The notes: a model not told the origin generated them from the sequence alone. 64,000 nt of DNA from Eledone cirrhosa (GCA_964016885.1 OZ024754.1:22754001-22818000), one strand, 5' to 3'; numbered from the stretch's first letter, positions 35,912-48,997 are shown. Numbers and translations: made by a program.

Positions 35912-35967
35912 ATAACAGAACCAATGCAGTGTCCAGCATGTAGCAACGTTACTGTTATAGTGGTACT
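35912..35967 (-). CDS. DCLRE1C: Artemis coding exon 5
   Basis: tttcttgtag acceptor, STTITVTLLHAGHCIGSV(M) = MBL motif 3 (human VTLLPAGHCPGSVM), GTAAGT donor. 56 bp. Confidence 0.96.
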
Positions 35968-37126
35968 CTACAAGAAACAAAGTTTTATATATATCATCAT
36001 CAAAATGAAAAAAAATGTAAAATATTGACATCACCACACCAACCATGTTACAGGATAGACTGGGTGCTTTTTATTGTAGCATAAAAACAACCATCTAACA
36101 AGGTGAACTGGATGCTTTTTTCTCTTGTCACCAACACAATCACCTTACAGAGTGGACTGGGTGCTTTTCGTCATGTCACCAGCATGACTATCTTACAGGG
36201 AGGACTGGGTGCTTTTTGTCATGTTACCAGCACAACTATCTTACGGGGTGGACTGGGCGCTTTGATAAGTACTTTGTATCTGTTTTCCAGTTCACATTGA
36301 AATTTAGCTGTTCTTCTATATATAATTAAGGGTTTTGTATGCATCACTTTACTAAATGAAGAGTAAAATTGAATTTAAACTTATTTAAGTACACAGTCAT
36401 TGTCAAAATCAAATTGATTTTCAAGAAAAAACATAATCATGTAATCTTAACACCTACTGTAGCAGGTACACTTTATGCCATACACCTGTAAATTTAAAAG
36501 TTTACCTGTGAATTTATTTTTTGTCCTGTTTAGGATGTGTAAACTTTCACAATTGTAATAAATTTGATTAAATGTGTAGCAAGCTACTTTCCTTTGGCGC
36601 ATTTGTAAACTATTCGTGCGTGATTTGGCTAAGTCAGGCCAATCGTGAGCCGCCCACGAGATTTTCCCACTACTTTCGATAAACTCTTTCTCTTGCAGCT
36701 TCAATCGTGGAAAGGTAAATGCCATTTTTCTTTTGCCGTTTGACCACTAGCCAATGTGTAAAGACAACAACATAACTATGGCCTGGCCAGCACCTTAGCC
36801 AGTTGACTGTACCTTCTAAACTATTAATTTGTTTATTCCTTTGTTTGGCATGCCAGCTCAACCTTTGTAATCGGTTTGTAAATAAAATATGTAAAAACAT
36901 TGTAAAGTCTTGTGATGCTATTACTGCAGCCATAGCCTTTAAATGTGATATGGAAAAATCCCTTCCAGAGTTATTATCACAGCAGGAACAGAACCTGAGA
37001 CTTACAGCCGAACCTCAATTCAACTAACATTGTCATATAACCAAACCGTTACATTTATTGATATAACAAAACCATACCTTTCCTACAACACAAAATATAT
37101 CATTCTTATTATTATTGTCGTTGGAT

Positions 37127-37328
37127 TGGCGGTGGATTGGTAGTATCGGTAGAGGGTCAGACGCCATGCTTTGATGCATAGAGTTACTGCCCTTGCCATT
37201 CTGAGTTCAAATCCTGCCGAGGTTAACTTTGGCTTTCATCCTTACGGGGTCGATAAAATAAAGTACCAGTAATGTACTGGGTAATTGCTGGCCTTGTGCC
37301 AATAGTAGAAACAATTATTATTATTATT
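37127..37328 (+). mobile_element. tRNA-derived SINE (plus orientation) with (ATT)n tail
   Basis: ggcggtggattggtagtatcgg...gagttcaaatcc...gtcgataaaataaagtaccag...attattatt. Confidence 0.9.
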
Positions 37329-37656
37329 GTCGTTGATATTATTATTACATGGCATAATATTATTTTTCTGCTAAACTGGTGACTATTAAATGTCTGCTCT
37401 ATTGGTGAACCCTGATGATACAAATATTATTAATATTACTATAAATCTGTTAAAAATGCTCCCTTTTCCATGCATTATGATACTAAAGAGAAGACACTAC
37501 ATGTTATACACAACGGACATTTTTTCTGGGATTTTAATGGCCATAATTAGGGGACATAGAATAAATATGAGTGCATGTTATACACAAATAGAAATGGTAA
37601 TAAAGAAAGGGGGCCAAATTGTATATAAAGATGAAGAATTTAAAAAGTTGTCTTAC

Positions 37657-37719
37657 TTGAGAAGAATGTTCATTTTGGGGAACTTCAATCAGGGTTGGGC
37701 TGTTGACTTCCAGTACTTT
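37657..37719 (-). CDS. DCLRE1C: Artemis coding exon 4
   Basis: catag acceptor, KVLEVNSPTLIEVPQNEHSSQ (cf. human ISIEIETPTQISL), GTAAGA donor. 63 bp, phase 0-0. Confidence 0.88.
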
Positions 37720-38487
37720 CTATGAGTGAATACAGAAAAAAACAACAACATAATTAGCAACTGTTCTACTTGATGATGATATGATAGTATGATAATAATG
37801 GTTATCATGATTGTTCTATTATTTGAACAGAACAATAATCCCAATTTAGCCCATAACAAAAAGACTCCATTTGCTGTTTCTAACTATAAGCTTTTCATCT
37901 TTACCATGCTGTTGTAAGATTTATGATTTAAAATATGTAGCCAACCCCATTACCCTTTAAAATATACTAGCCAACTAGGAAACTCCTATATCAGGCACAG
38001 GCAACATCAGGGGAGTAAAGAGAAGAGTGGCGCAGACTAGTGTCCTCTACATGTTTGTTTCATCCTGTGTACATGGGAAGATGGGTTTTCTGCATGATGG
38101 CAGAGTTCTCGATCCTGTGTCATGTATAGCAGGGAGTGTTAAAACATATTTATCATGTCACAAGAACTGGAGAAGTTATTATATCCTTTGCAATCTAAAG
38201 GCTCCTCTTGTCCTAATACCATCTCTACATGTTCACCAACCACTTTACATAGTGTACTGGGTGTATTTATCAAGACACAAGAACTAGAGAAGTTATGTCC
38301 TTGGCAAGACTAAAGCTCCTCTTGGCTTAACACTGACTCCACCTATTCACCAACCACTTTACAGAGTGTACTGAGCGTATTTATCATAACACAAGCACTA
38401 GAGAAATTATCATGCCCTTGTTAAGACTAAAGGCTCCACTTTATAAAAAAAACATTAAAAAAAAAAAGAAAAACAAATGTTTCTTAC

Positions 38488-38572
38488 CACATAAGGTTCC
38501 AATCTTTTAAAGATGTCCATTTTAAGGAGAATAGTTTTTACTATTTTGGAACAGTATACATAGGTAAATGGC
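38488..38572 (-). CDS. DCLRE1C: Artemis coding exon 3
   Basis: tgcag acceptor, PFTYVYCSKIVKTILLKMDIFKRLEPYV (cf. human VYLYCSPVTKELLL), GTAAGA donor. 85 bp, phase consistent. Confidence 0.93.
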
Positions 38573-39082
38573 CTGCATAAAAGAAAAAATATACAGATAG
38601 ATAGAAAAACAGATGTATGAATGCATGTATAGATGTAATGTCCTCAGAATTTTATGTTTGTTTTTCCATGCTTGCATGGTTAGACAGATCTTCTCTAGCA
38701 CAACCTCTTGTCACTAGTTGAGGTCCTTCTTTATCTTCTCCTAACATCATCCTTCAACATTTTCCACCATGTCTTTCTCTTCTGCAGCTTCTTTCTCCTT
38801 GCATCACTTGGCACTTCTTTATCTATCTCTCATCCACTGTACACATGATATATCTATGGTGTTTGAAACATAACTTAATAAAGGTTTTTACGTAAAATTA
38901 TGTCTAGAAAACACACATGATGTTATGAGACTGTTTGCATGCAAACGAACCAAATATTAATAATATTATTATTATTCACTCATGAATATAAAAGGTTTTT
39001 AGATAAATATAAACACTTCAACCCTTTCATTAACATATTTCAAATGAAATACACTGCCTATGATTTTCAAATAATTTTGAAA

Positions 39083-39272
39083 ATAATTGTTTCTACTTTA
39101 GGCACAAGGCCAGCAATTACCCAGTGCCTTACTGGTACTTTATTTTATCGACCCCGTAAGGATGAAAGGCAAAGTCAACCTCGGCGGGACTTGAACTCAG
39201 ATCGTAAAGGGACGTAACTATGCTGGAAAGCATGGCGTCCGACCCTCTACCGATACTACCAATCCACCGCCC
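39083..39272 (-). mobile_element. tRNA-derived SINE (minus orientation)
   Basis: Reverse complement of the family at 37127. ataattttgaaa/caattttgaaa flanks resemble a TSD. Confidence 0.9.
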
Positions 39273-39469
39273 CAATTTTGAAAATAATGAAGAAATTTGA
39301 GAGATCTAGTAATACAACTAACTTCCTCATTATTAAGTATGTGTTTAGAATATACTTTAACAAATGTTCTTACATAAAACTATAATGGAAGGGTTTTAAA
39401 TAAAATTATATTTCAAAACAAACACTTCTATATCATAGCATGCATGCCCTTGTATGCTGCAAGCAGTGT

Positions 39470-39725
39470 GTTGAGCCAGTGTTTATTCCGGTTTCATGGC
39501 ATGAAGCGACTGAGAGTACAAAACTCCACACTAGACAGGACGCCAGTCCATCGCAGGGTTAAACCCCCAGCTATTGCTGCTACTCATTTTCAGCTGAGTA
39601 TACTGGAGCATTGTGAAATGAAGTGTTTTGCTCAAGAACACAAAACGCAACCCAGCCCAGTAATCGAACCCACAACATTATGATCGTAAGTCCAAAACCC
39701 TTACCACTAGGCCACAAACCTCCAC
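39470..39725 (-). mobile_element. Second tRNA-derived SINE family
   Basis: Minus strand starts gtggcctagtggtaaggg...gggttcgattac (A/B boxes), followed by tgtgttcttgagcaaaacactt. Related pieces at 41640-41762, 56990-57095 and 62590-62700. Confidence 0.75.
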
Positions 39726-39771
39726 ATCTAGACTAGATACAATGTAATTAAATCTAATTTAAACTAAATAC

Positions 39772-39823
39772 CTTTTTTCAAGAACTTCAAAAAACTCTTG
39801 CTGCTCAAGTCCATGAGTGTGAT
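39772..39823 (-). CDS. DCLRE1C: Artemis coding exon 2
   Basis: ttttcag acceptor, (D)HTHGLEQQEFFEVLEK(R), GT donor. 52 bp. Completes the HxHxDH metal-binding motif in phase with exon 1. Confidence 0.92.
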
Positions 39824-40302
39824 CTGAAAAATGATGAAAATATACTAAATTATGTATATATATCTGACTTCTTTACTACACTGTTTCATAAAACAAATGA
39901 TGGATCAGCCTCCCAGTGAAATTAATGTGCAAGTGACTGAGCATTCCATAGATAGACACATGAGGCTTTATATAATTTTCAAAGACATTCAGCAAGACAG
40001 AGTGATCAGGATGACTCTTTGTATTACATAGACAATTCAGTTTCTCCAATCATGTGAACTGGAGCAATGTGGAATAATGTGTCTTGCCCACAGACACAGC
40101 ATGCATCCTGGAAATTAAACATCTTAAACACTAAGCCACATGTCTTCACATACACATACAATATAAACACACATTATGCTCATAACAACCGGCTATTTAC
40201 AGCTACTCCCATGTTAAGATTCCTACAATTTTATGAAAACTCATATACACTCATAGTTCCAGTTCTCTCCAATTAATGTGTACATATATATATATATATA
40301 TA

Positions 40303-41270
40303 TTTCGTTTCTGAATTTGTTTAGCAAGATTCTTTATCTGAAAACGTGTGTTGAAACCGATATTGTTATACTTTGGGAGGGTCATGTTGCCAATAAGAAA
40401 CACACGCAACAGTTGCTTTCACTCCAATTTATTATAAATTAAATTTATAAATTTCCAGTTGGTTGGTTGGTTCCACAACTGGACGGTTGATCATATATTG
40501 TCAAAGTTCTTTCGTCACACATTCTGTGACCTCTTCAGTGACTGGGGATTTTTCTCTTTGTTTTGTGCCTCTCCTTTGTTCTGTCCTATGCCATCTTGTT
40601 TTTGTGTGTGTTGTGTGCTTAGTTTGCACATGTGTTACATCCGGGTGTCTGTGTGTGTTTTTATTTGTTTATTTATTTGTTTATTTACATGTTATTGGTT
40701 GGTTGTTTGATCTATGTGTGTGTGTTTTCATTTTGTCCTTAATTGTAAGTTGTGATGTTGCTATTCCATTCATGTTTTCTATTTAATTTGGTTGGAGTTC
40801 ATTTATGTTTATTGCCTCTGTGATTTGTCTAAACATTGCGTCTTTTCTGAGGGTAGATTTTATTTTTATTTCTATGTTCTCTAATTTGCCCTTATGTTCT
40901 ATTTTAGCATGTTGGTGGAGTACTGATGAATCTGTTCTATCTTGAAGCTCTCACCAGTGTTCATTTAACCGTTCCCCTATACTACGAGCTGTCTCACCTA
41001 TGTATATTCTTATCTTTACATTGTCCTTCAGTACATCTTATGCTATATACTATGTTTCTATTTTTACAGTTAATATGGGGGCTTAGTTTACAGATTATGC
41101 ATTTCTTATCTATATAGGGAGGTCTTTGAAAAGGGTATGTATTACTAATAAGTGTTTTTATGGAGGTACCTGGTCTTTCTACTATCTTAATATTTAGTTT
41201 AAGTTTATCTAGGGCCCTTCTAAATGTGTAAGCTAATTCACCTCTAAGGGTTGTATTGATAAACATATTG
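40303..41270 (-). mobile_element. Penelope-like element 3' fragment (GIY-YIG endonuclease plus terminal repeat)
   Basis: CIIC..NCKNRNIVYSIRC, then after a frameshift IYIGETARSIGERLNEH, the GIY-YIG signature. Terminal sequence is repeated at 43757-43825. Confidence 0.85.
40500..40542 (-). ncRNA. Degenerate minimal hammerhead ribozyme in the Penelope terminal repeat
   Basis: Minus strand: gtca-CTGAAGA-g-gtcaca-gaatg-tgtgac-GAAA-gaactt-tgac. Both core boxes, a 6-bp stem II and a 4-bp stem I are present. There is one unpaired G before stem II. Confidence 0.6.
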
Positions 41271-41530
41271 TCAGCTCAAAAGTGACACAGAGGAGACTGA
41301 GGTTAGCTGGACATGCTCACCGACATCCAGAGTTGACATTGCACTCAGTGTTCCTGTGAGAGCCCCTACATGGACACACTCGAAGAGAAAGACCAAGGTT
41401 AACGTATGTTGATGCTCTAAGGACACACACTGGTCTGTTGGAGACGCAGGACATGGCAGCGATAATGAGGGACAGAGACCACTGGAGAGAACTCGACCAT
41501 GGATCTCGGGAATTTTACCCACCCTAGAAG
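41271..41530 (+). mobile_element. 3' fragment of a second RTE-like family
   Basis: Reads RRLRLAGHAHRHPEL...RPRLTYVDAL...MRDRDHWR, an RTE-type ORF C-terminus. Confidence 0.7.
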
Positions 41531-42137
41531 TATATATATATAAATATATCGATCGACTTTTGTTAAATTGGACCGACTAAACAATGTTTTCGTTGGTCTT
41601 TCCAATTGCTAGTACTATCTATCGGTCGCAACTCCAGGTAGAAGGAGCAATGTGAAATAAAGTGTCTTGCTCAAGGACATAACGCATCGCCCGGTCCAGG
41701 AATCGAACTCACAACCTGAAGATTGTGAATCCAATTCTCAAACCACTCAGCCACACGCCTTCACTATATATTAATATATATTAATATATGTATATATATG
41801 AATACATATATGAAAACAGCTGGTGATATGCATGTAAGTAAATATTCTTTTTATCTGATATTTTGTAACTAACCTTACATAGATCTATAACGGAGTATAG
41901 CTACAATGTATTATCATCATCTAGAAATGATCTTAAAGCAGTGAAGTATATCTCTAATGACTTGATTTTTTGTTTCATTGTTTTAACTTATATCATGACT
42001 CTGTTTTCCTTTTAATGTTTTATCTTAACCTACAACATTTTCAACATATGGATTACATCGAGTTCTTCGTGCAGAATAGACCCCACAACTTACTGTGGAT
42101 ACCTCTGTGTATATATTAATATATGTATATATATATT

Positions 42138-42332
42138 AATAATTGTTTCTACTTTTGGCACAAGGCCAGCAATTATCCCAGTACATTACTAGTACTTTAT
42201 TTTATCGACCCCGTAAGGATGAAGGGCAAAGTTAACCTCGGCGGGATTTGAACTCAGAATGGCAAGGACCATAACTCTATGCGTCAAAGCATGGTGTCTG
42301 ACCCTCTACTGATACTGCCAATCCACCGCCCT
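42138..42332 (-). mobile_element. tRNA-derived SINE
   Basis: Close reverse complement of the copy at 37127, sharing the gaatggcaagg variant. Confidence 0.9.
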
Positions 42333-42399
42333 ATATAATCTATATAATATATATATATATATTAATAATAATAATAATAATAAATTTGATAATATTAAT

Positions 42400-43572
42400 A
42401 ATGTGAATTCCCGAGCTGTGTCTATTATTAGGTACAGTGCGGGAATTCTGAAATGGAATGTTGCTGAACAAAAAGAAATGGATAGGAAGACTAGGAAGCT
42501 ATTGACTATCTACAACATGTTCCACAAGAGGAGTGATGTCGATAGACTCTACTTAAAGAGATCTGAAGGTGGAAGAGGTCATATCAGCATAGAGGACTGT
42601 GTTCAGATGGAGAAAAACAACCTGCACAAATACGTGACCGACAGTAGGGAGCCAATACTCAGAATTGTACTGAAGGAGAGAACAGTAGACCAGGGGATGT
42701 CCAAGGAGGAAGACCAACCTTCATGAAAAATCCCTTCATAGTACCTTCTTTGAGAAAACTGAATTTAGAGATCCACAGACATGGAACTGGTTAAAAAGAG
42801 GAGACCTTAAAAAGGCTACAGAAGGAATGCTAATGGCTGCGCAAGAGCAGGCACTCAAAACGAAGTGGGTGAAACACCATATTTAGAAGGTGGAGGCTAG
42901 CCCACTGTGTAGGATCTGTGGAGAGAGAGAGGAGACTGTGGCTCACATTGCATCCGAGTGTAAACACCTAGCCCAGACTCACTATAAGGGCTGGAGACAT
43001 GATGTGATGGGCAGGGTGATCCACTGGCACCTATGCAAAGTAAACAATTTACCACATTCTGAGAAGTGGTATGAGCATAAGCAAGAGTCGGTGATAGAAA
43101 ACGATCAGGTGAAGGTGCTATGGGATTTTAGGATACAGACGTATAAGAAACTGGAACACAATAGGCCTGACCTGGTGGTTTTGGACAAGGAAAAAAGATC
43201 ATGCCTAATTGTAGATGTAGCCTGCCCATTTGACACGAGAGTGCAAGAAAAGGAGAGGGAGAAAATTAACCAATACCAAGACTTAAAGTGGGAGGTAAAA
43301 ATGATTTGGAACTGCCATGAAGTCAGAGTTGTCCCGATTGTCATAGGCGCACTAGGTACTATCTCAAAGAGTTTCCAAGGATGGTTAAAGAAAGTTAGTC
43401 CAGCCTCGCTTTTTGGAACACTTCAAAAGACATGCTTGCTGGGAACAGCAAGAACCCTCCGATACGTCCTGAATATCTGAGGCTGCAGGTAGCGGCTTGA
43501 TATTCATTTCAACAAACTTTCCAGTTAAATAACATCAATGACTAAGACTCAAAGAACAATAATAATAATAAA
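42400..43572 (+). mobile_element. R4/Dong-like RLE non-LTR retrotransposon, 5'-truncated
   Basis: CRICG..ETVAHIASEC zinc knuckle, RHD, HNRPDLVVLD..DVACPFD..EKINQYQDL, PIVIGALG. (AAT)n on both sides. Confidence 0.88.
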
Positions 43573-43849
43573 TCCAAAGAGGGCTCGATAAGATAAATAT
43601 ATATCAAATATATAAGAACCGTAGACAAATATTTATTAAAATAACAGATTAAAGTTTAAGCAAAGAATCGTTGCTTTCACCCTTAACGGGATCTTCTGAA
43701 ACTTTAATCTGTTATTTTGATAAATATATATATTAATATATATATATATATATATATCGTTTCTGAATTTGTTTAGCAAGATTCTTTAAATATTGGTAAC
43801 ATGACCCTCCCAAAGTATAACAATATATATATATATATATATATATTAA

Positions 43850-43915
<66 letters not shown>

Positions 43916-44150
43916 TATATTAATATATATATATTAATATATGTATATATATATATATATCAATATAAGCAAAAGGGATATTTAATTTGTTGGTAATTCA
44001 ACAAATATATATATTTATAACTGATTCGAAGCATTCGACAAGTTTTCTGGAGTATATTATCAATGATGTTAATAAATGGAAACTATATTTATAAAACCAT
44101 ATTTATTCTATTATATATATTTCAAAGGTACCAAAACTTTGGTCCGCTCT

Positions 44151-47100
44151 CATCATCATCATCATCGTTTAACGTCCATCTTCCACGCTAGCATGGGTTT
44201 GGACGGGAATTTTCTCACTTGAGGCAAGATTGGTTGTCTTGCTCGTATAGGACTGTCTGGTAGGTTTTCTACGGCTGGATGCCTTTCCTAACACCAACCA
44301 CGTTTACAGTGTGGACTGGGAGGTTTTTACCGTGTTACCTACACGGCCACATTACAGCGTGGACTGTGTATTTTTTTGTCGTGATACCTACACGACCTCA
44401 TTTGTTTCGGACTGGATGTTGTGGTACCAACATAACTTTACATTGGAAGGGGTGGTGTGGATGGGGTGGGGGCAGTGGGGCCGGGGTGTATTTTTGTTAC
44501 AGGTGCCTACTGACTGTAGGTTTTGCTTTGTACTTAGGCAAGGCGGGTCTTCTGTATTACTGTGTAGCGCCAAAGATCTCGGTCCAGTGACATTGTCTTG
44601 GGGAGGTGTAAGTGTGTGAGGTCGGAATTTATCAAGTCATCCCAGGTTTTTCTGGGTCTGCCTACTCCGTGGCTACCGTCTATTTTTATCGCCCTGCACT
44701 TTTTTATACAGCTGTCGTCTTTCATGCGCATCACGTGACCGTACCAACATAGTCTTCTCTCGAGTAAACAACAACTGATCCCTCTTATTCCAAATTTCTC
44801 CCTTAGTTCGTTTATGCTTTGCTGTTCACGTATATTACTATTACACATCCAGCGGAGCATGCAAGCTTCGTTCCTCTCCAGTCTGCGTATATCCTCTGCA
44901 CACAATGGCCAGGTCTCACTGCCATGTAACATTGCTGTTCGTATGCAGACATCATACAGCCTGCCTTTCATTTTCAGAGAGAACCCTTTAGCGGCCAATA
45001 GTGGTATAAGCTCTCTGAACTTTTTCCATCCCGTTCTGACTCTAGCTACTGTACTTTCAGAGCACCCTCCCCCACTGCTGATTTTGTCACCCAGGTAACG
45101 GAAGGTGTCCACTATTTCTATAGAACCATCTGTGCAATGGAATGAGCTAGTATTCTGTGGGCACTTGCTGCTACTTATTGCACCTGAGCATCGGCCACAT
45201 ATAAAATATATATTCTTAGTTAGCTTACCTGTGATCCCACTACATCTTTTATGCACCCATACTTTGCATTTGGGACATAAAAATGGAGTTTCTGCCTACT
45301 CTTTTCCTACACACTGAGCATGGCCATTTCCCAGATGGGACCGGTGCCCTATTTTCCTTCCTACGAACTAGAACTTTAGTCTTAGACAAGTTAACTTTAA
45401 GGCCTTTTGATTCTAGGCCATGCTTCCATGTTGGAATTTCTTCTCTAGTTCAGCCATTGATTCAGCTATGAGCATTAGATCATCTGCATAAAGGAGTTCC
45501 CATGAGCAGCCGGTCTTGAACTCCTCTGTTATAGCCTGAAGGGCAATAATAAATAGTAGGGGACTAAGAACGGAGCCCTGATGAACACCAACTTTTACGC
45601 TAAACTCTTCACTATATTCATTGTTAATTCTAACCTTGCTGACTGTTTCTTTATACATGGCTTGTATAGCTCTCACAAGCCATTCGTCAACACCTAGTTT
45701 TCTAAGAGCCCACCAGATAATGGAGCGGGGGACTCTGTCAAAGGCTTTCTCCAAGTCAACAAAAGCTAAGTATAGGGGTTTACTTTTAGCTAGGTACTTC
45801 TCCTGTGGTACTTTTACCTGACACAAACCCGAACTGCATTTCAGCTAGATCAATTTGTTCTGATTAGTTGCGCTATTACTTTTTCTGTGACCTTCATGAC
45901 CTGGTCGATTAATTTAATGCCTCTATAGTTACCCCTATCTAGGGAATCTCCTTTACCCTTGTAGCAGTTAATGATGATTCTGCTATGCCAGTCCTTCGGA
46001 ACGGCCCCATTCTGTATGACTTGGTTTACTATCCAGGTGACCATAGTGTGTCCCACCGTTCCAGATACTTTCGGCATTTCAGCAAGTATTTCCGAAGCCC
46101 CAGCCGCCTTACCCGTCTTCATATCTTTGATTGCCTTACTTATTATACTACCTTCAACTAGCACTGCTGGTCCCTCTATTGGATCGATGTGGGGGAGACT
46201 GTCTTTCTCCCATTTATTCTCCTCATTTAGTAGCCTTTCGTAGTGACACTTCCAAGCTACCTTCTTATCAGCGTCAGTGATAGCAAGTACACCATCATCA
46301 TTAAGGACACACTTCTCCCCGACAATATCACCGTTTTCCTTGACACATTGCCTAGCAATCCTGAACACCTCACGTTTTTGGTTTTCGCGTTGTAGAACAT
46401 GCTTGAACTTTCTTTCCTCTGCTTCCCTTCTTGCGAAGTACACTTGTCTCCGAGCTTCCCTCCTGGCTACTTGATAGTCTTCTCGACTTCCCCCATCCCG
46501 CCATACTTTCCAAGCCTGCTTTTTGGCCTTAATTGACTCCTCCACCTTACTGTTCCACCACCACGTTACTCTCCTCCTGCCTATAGGCCTGCTCTAGCCA
46601 CAGACTTCATCTGCCGCCTTCAGCAAGTTAGCTTTCAGGAATTCCCACTGTTCCTCTATATTGTATGACTCTAATCGCTTTTCCTTACTGTTGAAAGCAT
46701 CAAGTAATAGGCTTTTAAATTTATTACTGGCTGTGGGGTCCTTTAGCTTCCATATTTTTCTCCTGAGGAAAGTCCTCCTCTGTTGTTGAGTACGTCTTGT
46801 CCTGACTATGAGGTCGCTAATTATCAGTCTATGTTGGGAGGTGCATTCTTCATGGGGGAGGGATTTAGTGTTTAGAACAGACACTCTATCACGTCTTCTG
46901 GTAAGGATATAATCTATCTGACTGGCGTGTTCCCCTGATCTATAGGTGATCAAGTGATTGTCCCGTTTTTTGAAGTTAGTGTTACAGATAATTAGGTTAT
47001 TTGCGTCACAGAATTGCAGGATTCTGGAGCCTTCCCCATTTCTAGTACCAAACCCATAGCCTCCATGGATTCCATCATAGCCGTCACAATGTTGTCCAAC

Positions 47101-48020
47101 ATGACCATTTTGGTCGCCAGCAATAATTATGTAGTCACTGTCGGTTATTTGGGAGGTAGTGAGCATCAATGTCTCATAGAATCTGTCTTTTATAGTGCTA
47201 GGCAGTCCGGATTGGGGTGCATATGCAGATATTACTGTCACAGTAGTTCTATTTAGGACAAGTCTTATTTTAATTATTCTGTCGTTCACTCTATTTACTA
47301 TCTACCCATTTTTCTGCTAACATGATTCCTACCCCACCCAGCCCATTGTCATTTCCCCCTCAGAAAAGCTTATAGCATCGTTTTTTACCCACAATGAATA
47401 TAGCAGATCCACCCCTCCAACTGGTCTCTTGGATACAGCAAACATCAACCTCCTTACGTTCAAGCATTTCTACAACCTCTTAAGGTGCCTACATTCATGG
47501 TACCAACTCTGAGGTTTTGGATTGCGTTTGGTGGGTGGGAACGGTGGGGTGCGGGGAGGGGTGTGCAGGATGGGGTTGTGGTTATGTTGGCCATCCGCGG
47601 CCGAAACAAAGAGGGGGAGTCCTTGCCTTTTCGTCCGGCAGCATGAGGTGAATTTGTCTTTATCTTTGGCATTGTCACTGAGTGTCCAGATTTTTCAGAC
47701 TCTCCAGAATTCCTTAGTCCATCCATCATATCGAAAAGCAACCAGAAGTGATAGCATAGGCCACTGACTTATGATTGGTCCTAATAATAATGGTGGAGAG
47801 TGGGGGCGAGCAGGAGGGGTATGGGGTAGTTAGCAAGAGGGTTTAAATAAAATCTTCGAATTTTGGGCATAATTGGACAAGCATATAAAAGTAATAATAA
47901 GCGAATAATGGGATTTTAAAATACAAGAAGATTATTTAGAACAACCAGACAGAATTATAGAATAGCATTGAGAGAGAGCAAAAGATTGGATTCTGGGCGA
48001 TGATACGGATATATGAATGA
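44151..48020 (-). mobile_element. Near full-length RTE LINE, frameshifted
   Basis: Successive ORF pieces: GTMNVGTL (EN start), ISAYAPQ, QIDYIL, SQHRL, then RT with YADD and the C-terminus, 3' UTR and (GAT)n tail. Confidence 0.95.
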
Positions 48021-48109
48021 ATGGACCGAGAGGCTGGAGAGACAAGAAAAAAATGGCATTTTACATTATTATATATTTATATATATATATTTATATATAT
48101 ATTTATATT

Positions 48110-48140
<31 letters not shown>

Positions 48141-48157
48141 ATATATATATATATTTA

Positions 48158-48997
48158 TATATGGCCTTGCTCAGTATGTAGGAAAGGTGTAGGTAGGAAC
48201 TCCATTCTCTGCCCAAAATGCAAACAATGGGTACACAAGAGATGTAGCGGGATCTCAGGAAGCTTAATTAAGAATGTAGGCTTCACATGCAGCAGCTGTG
48301 CTGCGACAGCAATCAGCAAACAGCCACAGGAAACAAGTACCACCAATCTCTGGGAGGGCTCTGTAGAAACAGTAGACAGCTTCTGCTACCTAGGTGACCG
48401 AATTAGCAGCGGAGGTGGGTGTTCAGAAAGTACAATAACTAGGGTAAGAACGGGATGGAAGAAGTTCAGGGAACTACTGCCACTGCTAGCTGCAAAAAGC
48501 TTCTTCCTCAAAATGAAAGGCAGACTGTATGATGCGTGTATCCGAACAGCAATGCTACATGGTAGTGAGACCTGGGCGCTGAAGGTGGAAGACTTATGTA
48601 GATTAGAAAGAAACGAAGCTTGTATGCTCCGATGGATGTGTAATAGTAATATAAGCGAACGACAAAGCATAAATGAATTGAGAGAGAGACTGAGCATAAG
48701 AGGAATCAAATGCTGTGTGCAGTAGAGGCGGTTGCGTTGGTATAGACATGTGATGCGTATGAAGGATGACAGCTGCATAAAAAGGTGCAGAGCACTAGAA
48801 GTCAATGGAAACCGCGGAGTGGGGAGACCCAAGAAGACCTGGGATGAGGTGATAGAAGCTGACCTTACCCAATTACACCTCTCAAAGGCGATGACACACG
48901 ACCGTGACCTAAGGCGTCACGCAGTAATACAGAGTACCCGACCTCCCATGGGTACAAGCTGAAGCATATAGACAATATGCCCCCACACCCTCCCACT
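48158..48997 (+). mobile_element. RTE LINE 3' fragment (diverged subfamily)
   Basis: WPCSVCRKGVGRNSILCPKC...FCYLG...GRPKKTW. Begins at a (TA)n tract. Confidence 0.92.

Noticed and set aside
37127-37215. Possible tRNA genes at A/B-box sequences
   Set aside because: These are SINE heads attached to a shared core and tail; I could not fold a complete cloverleaf.
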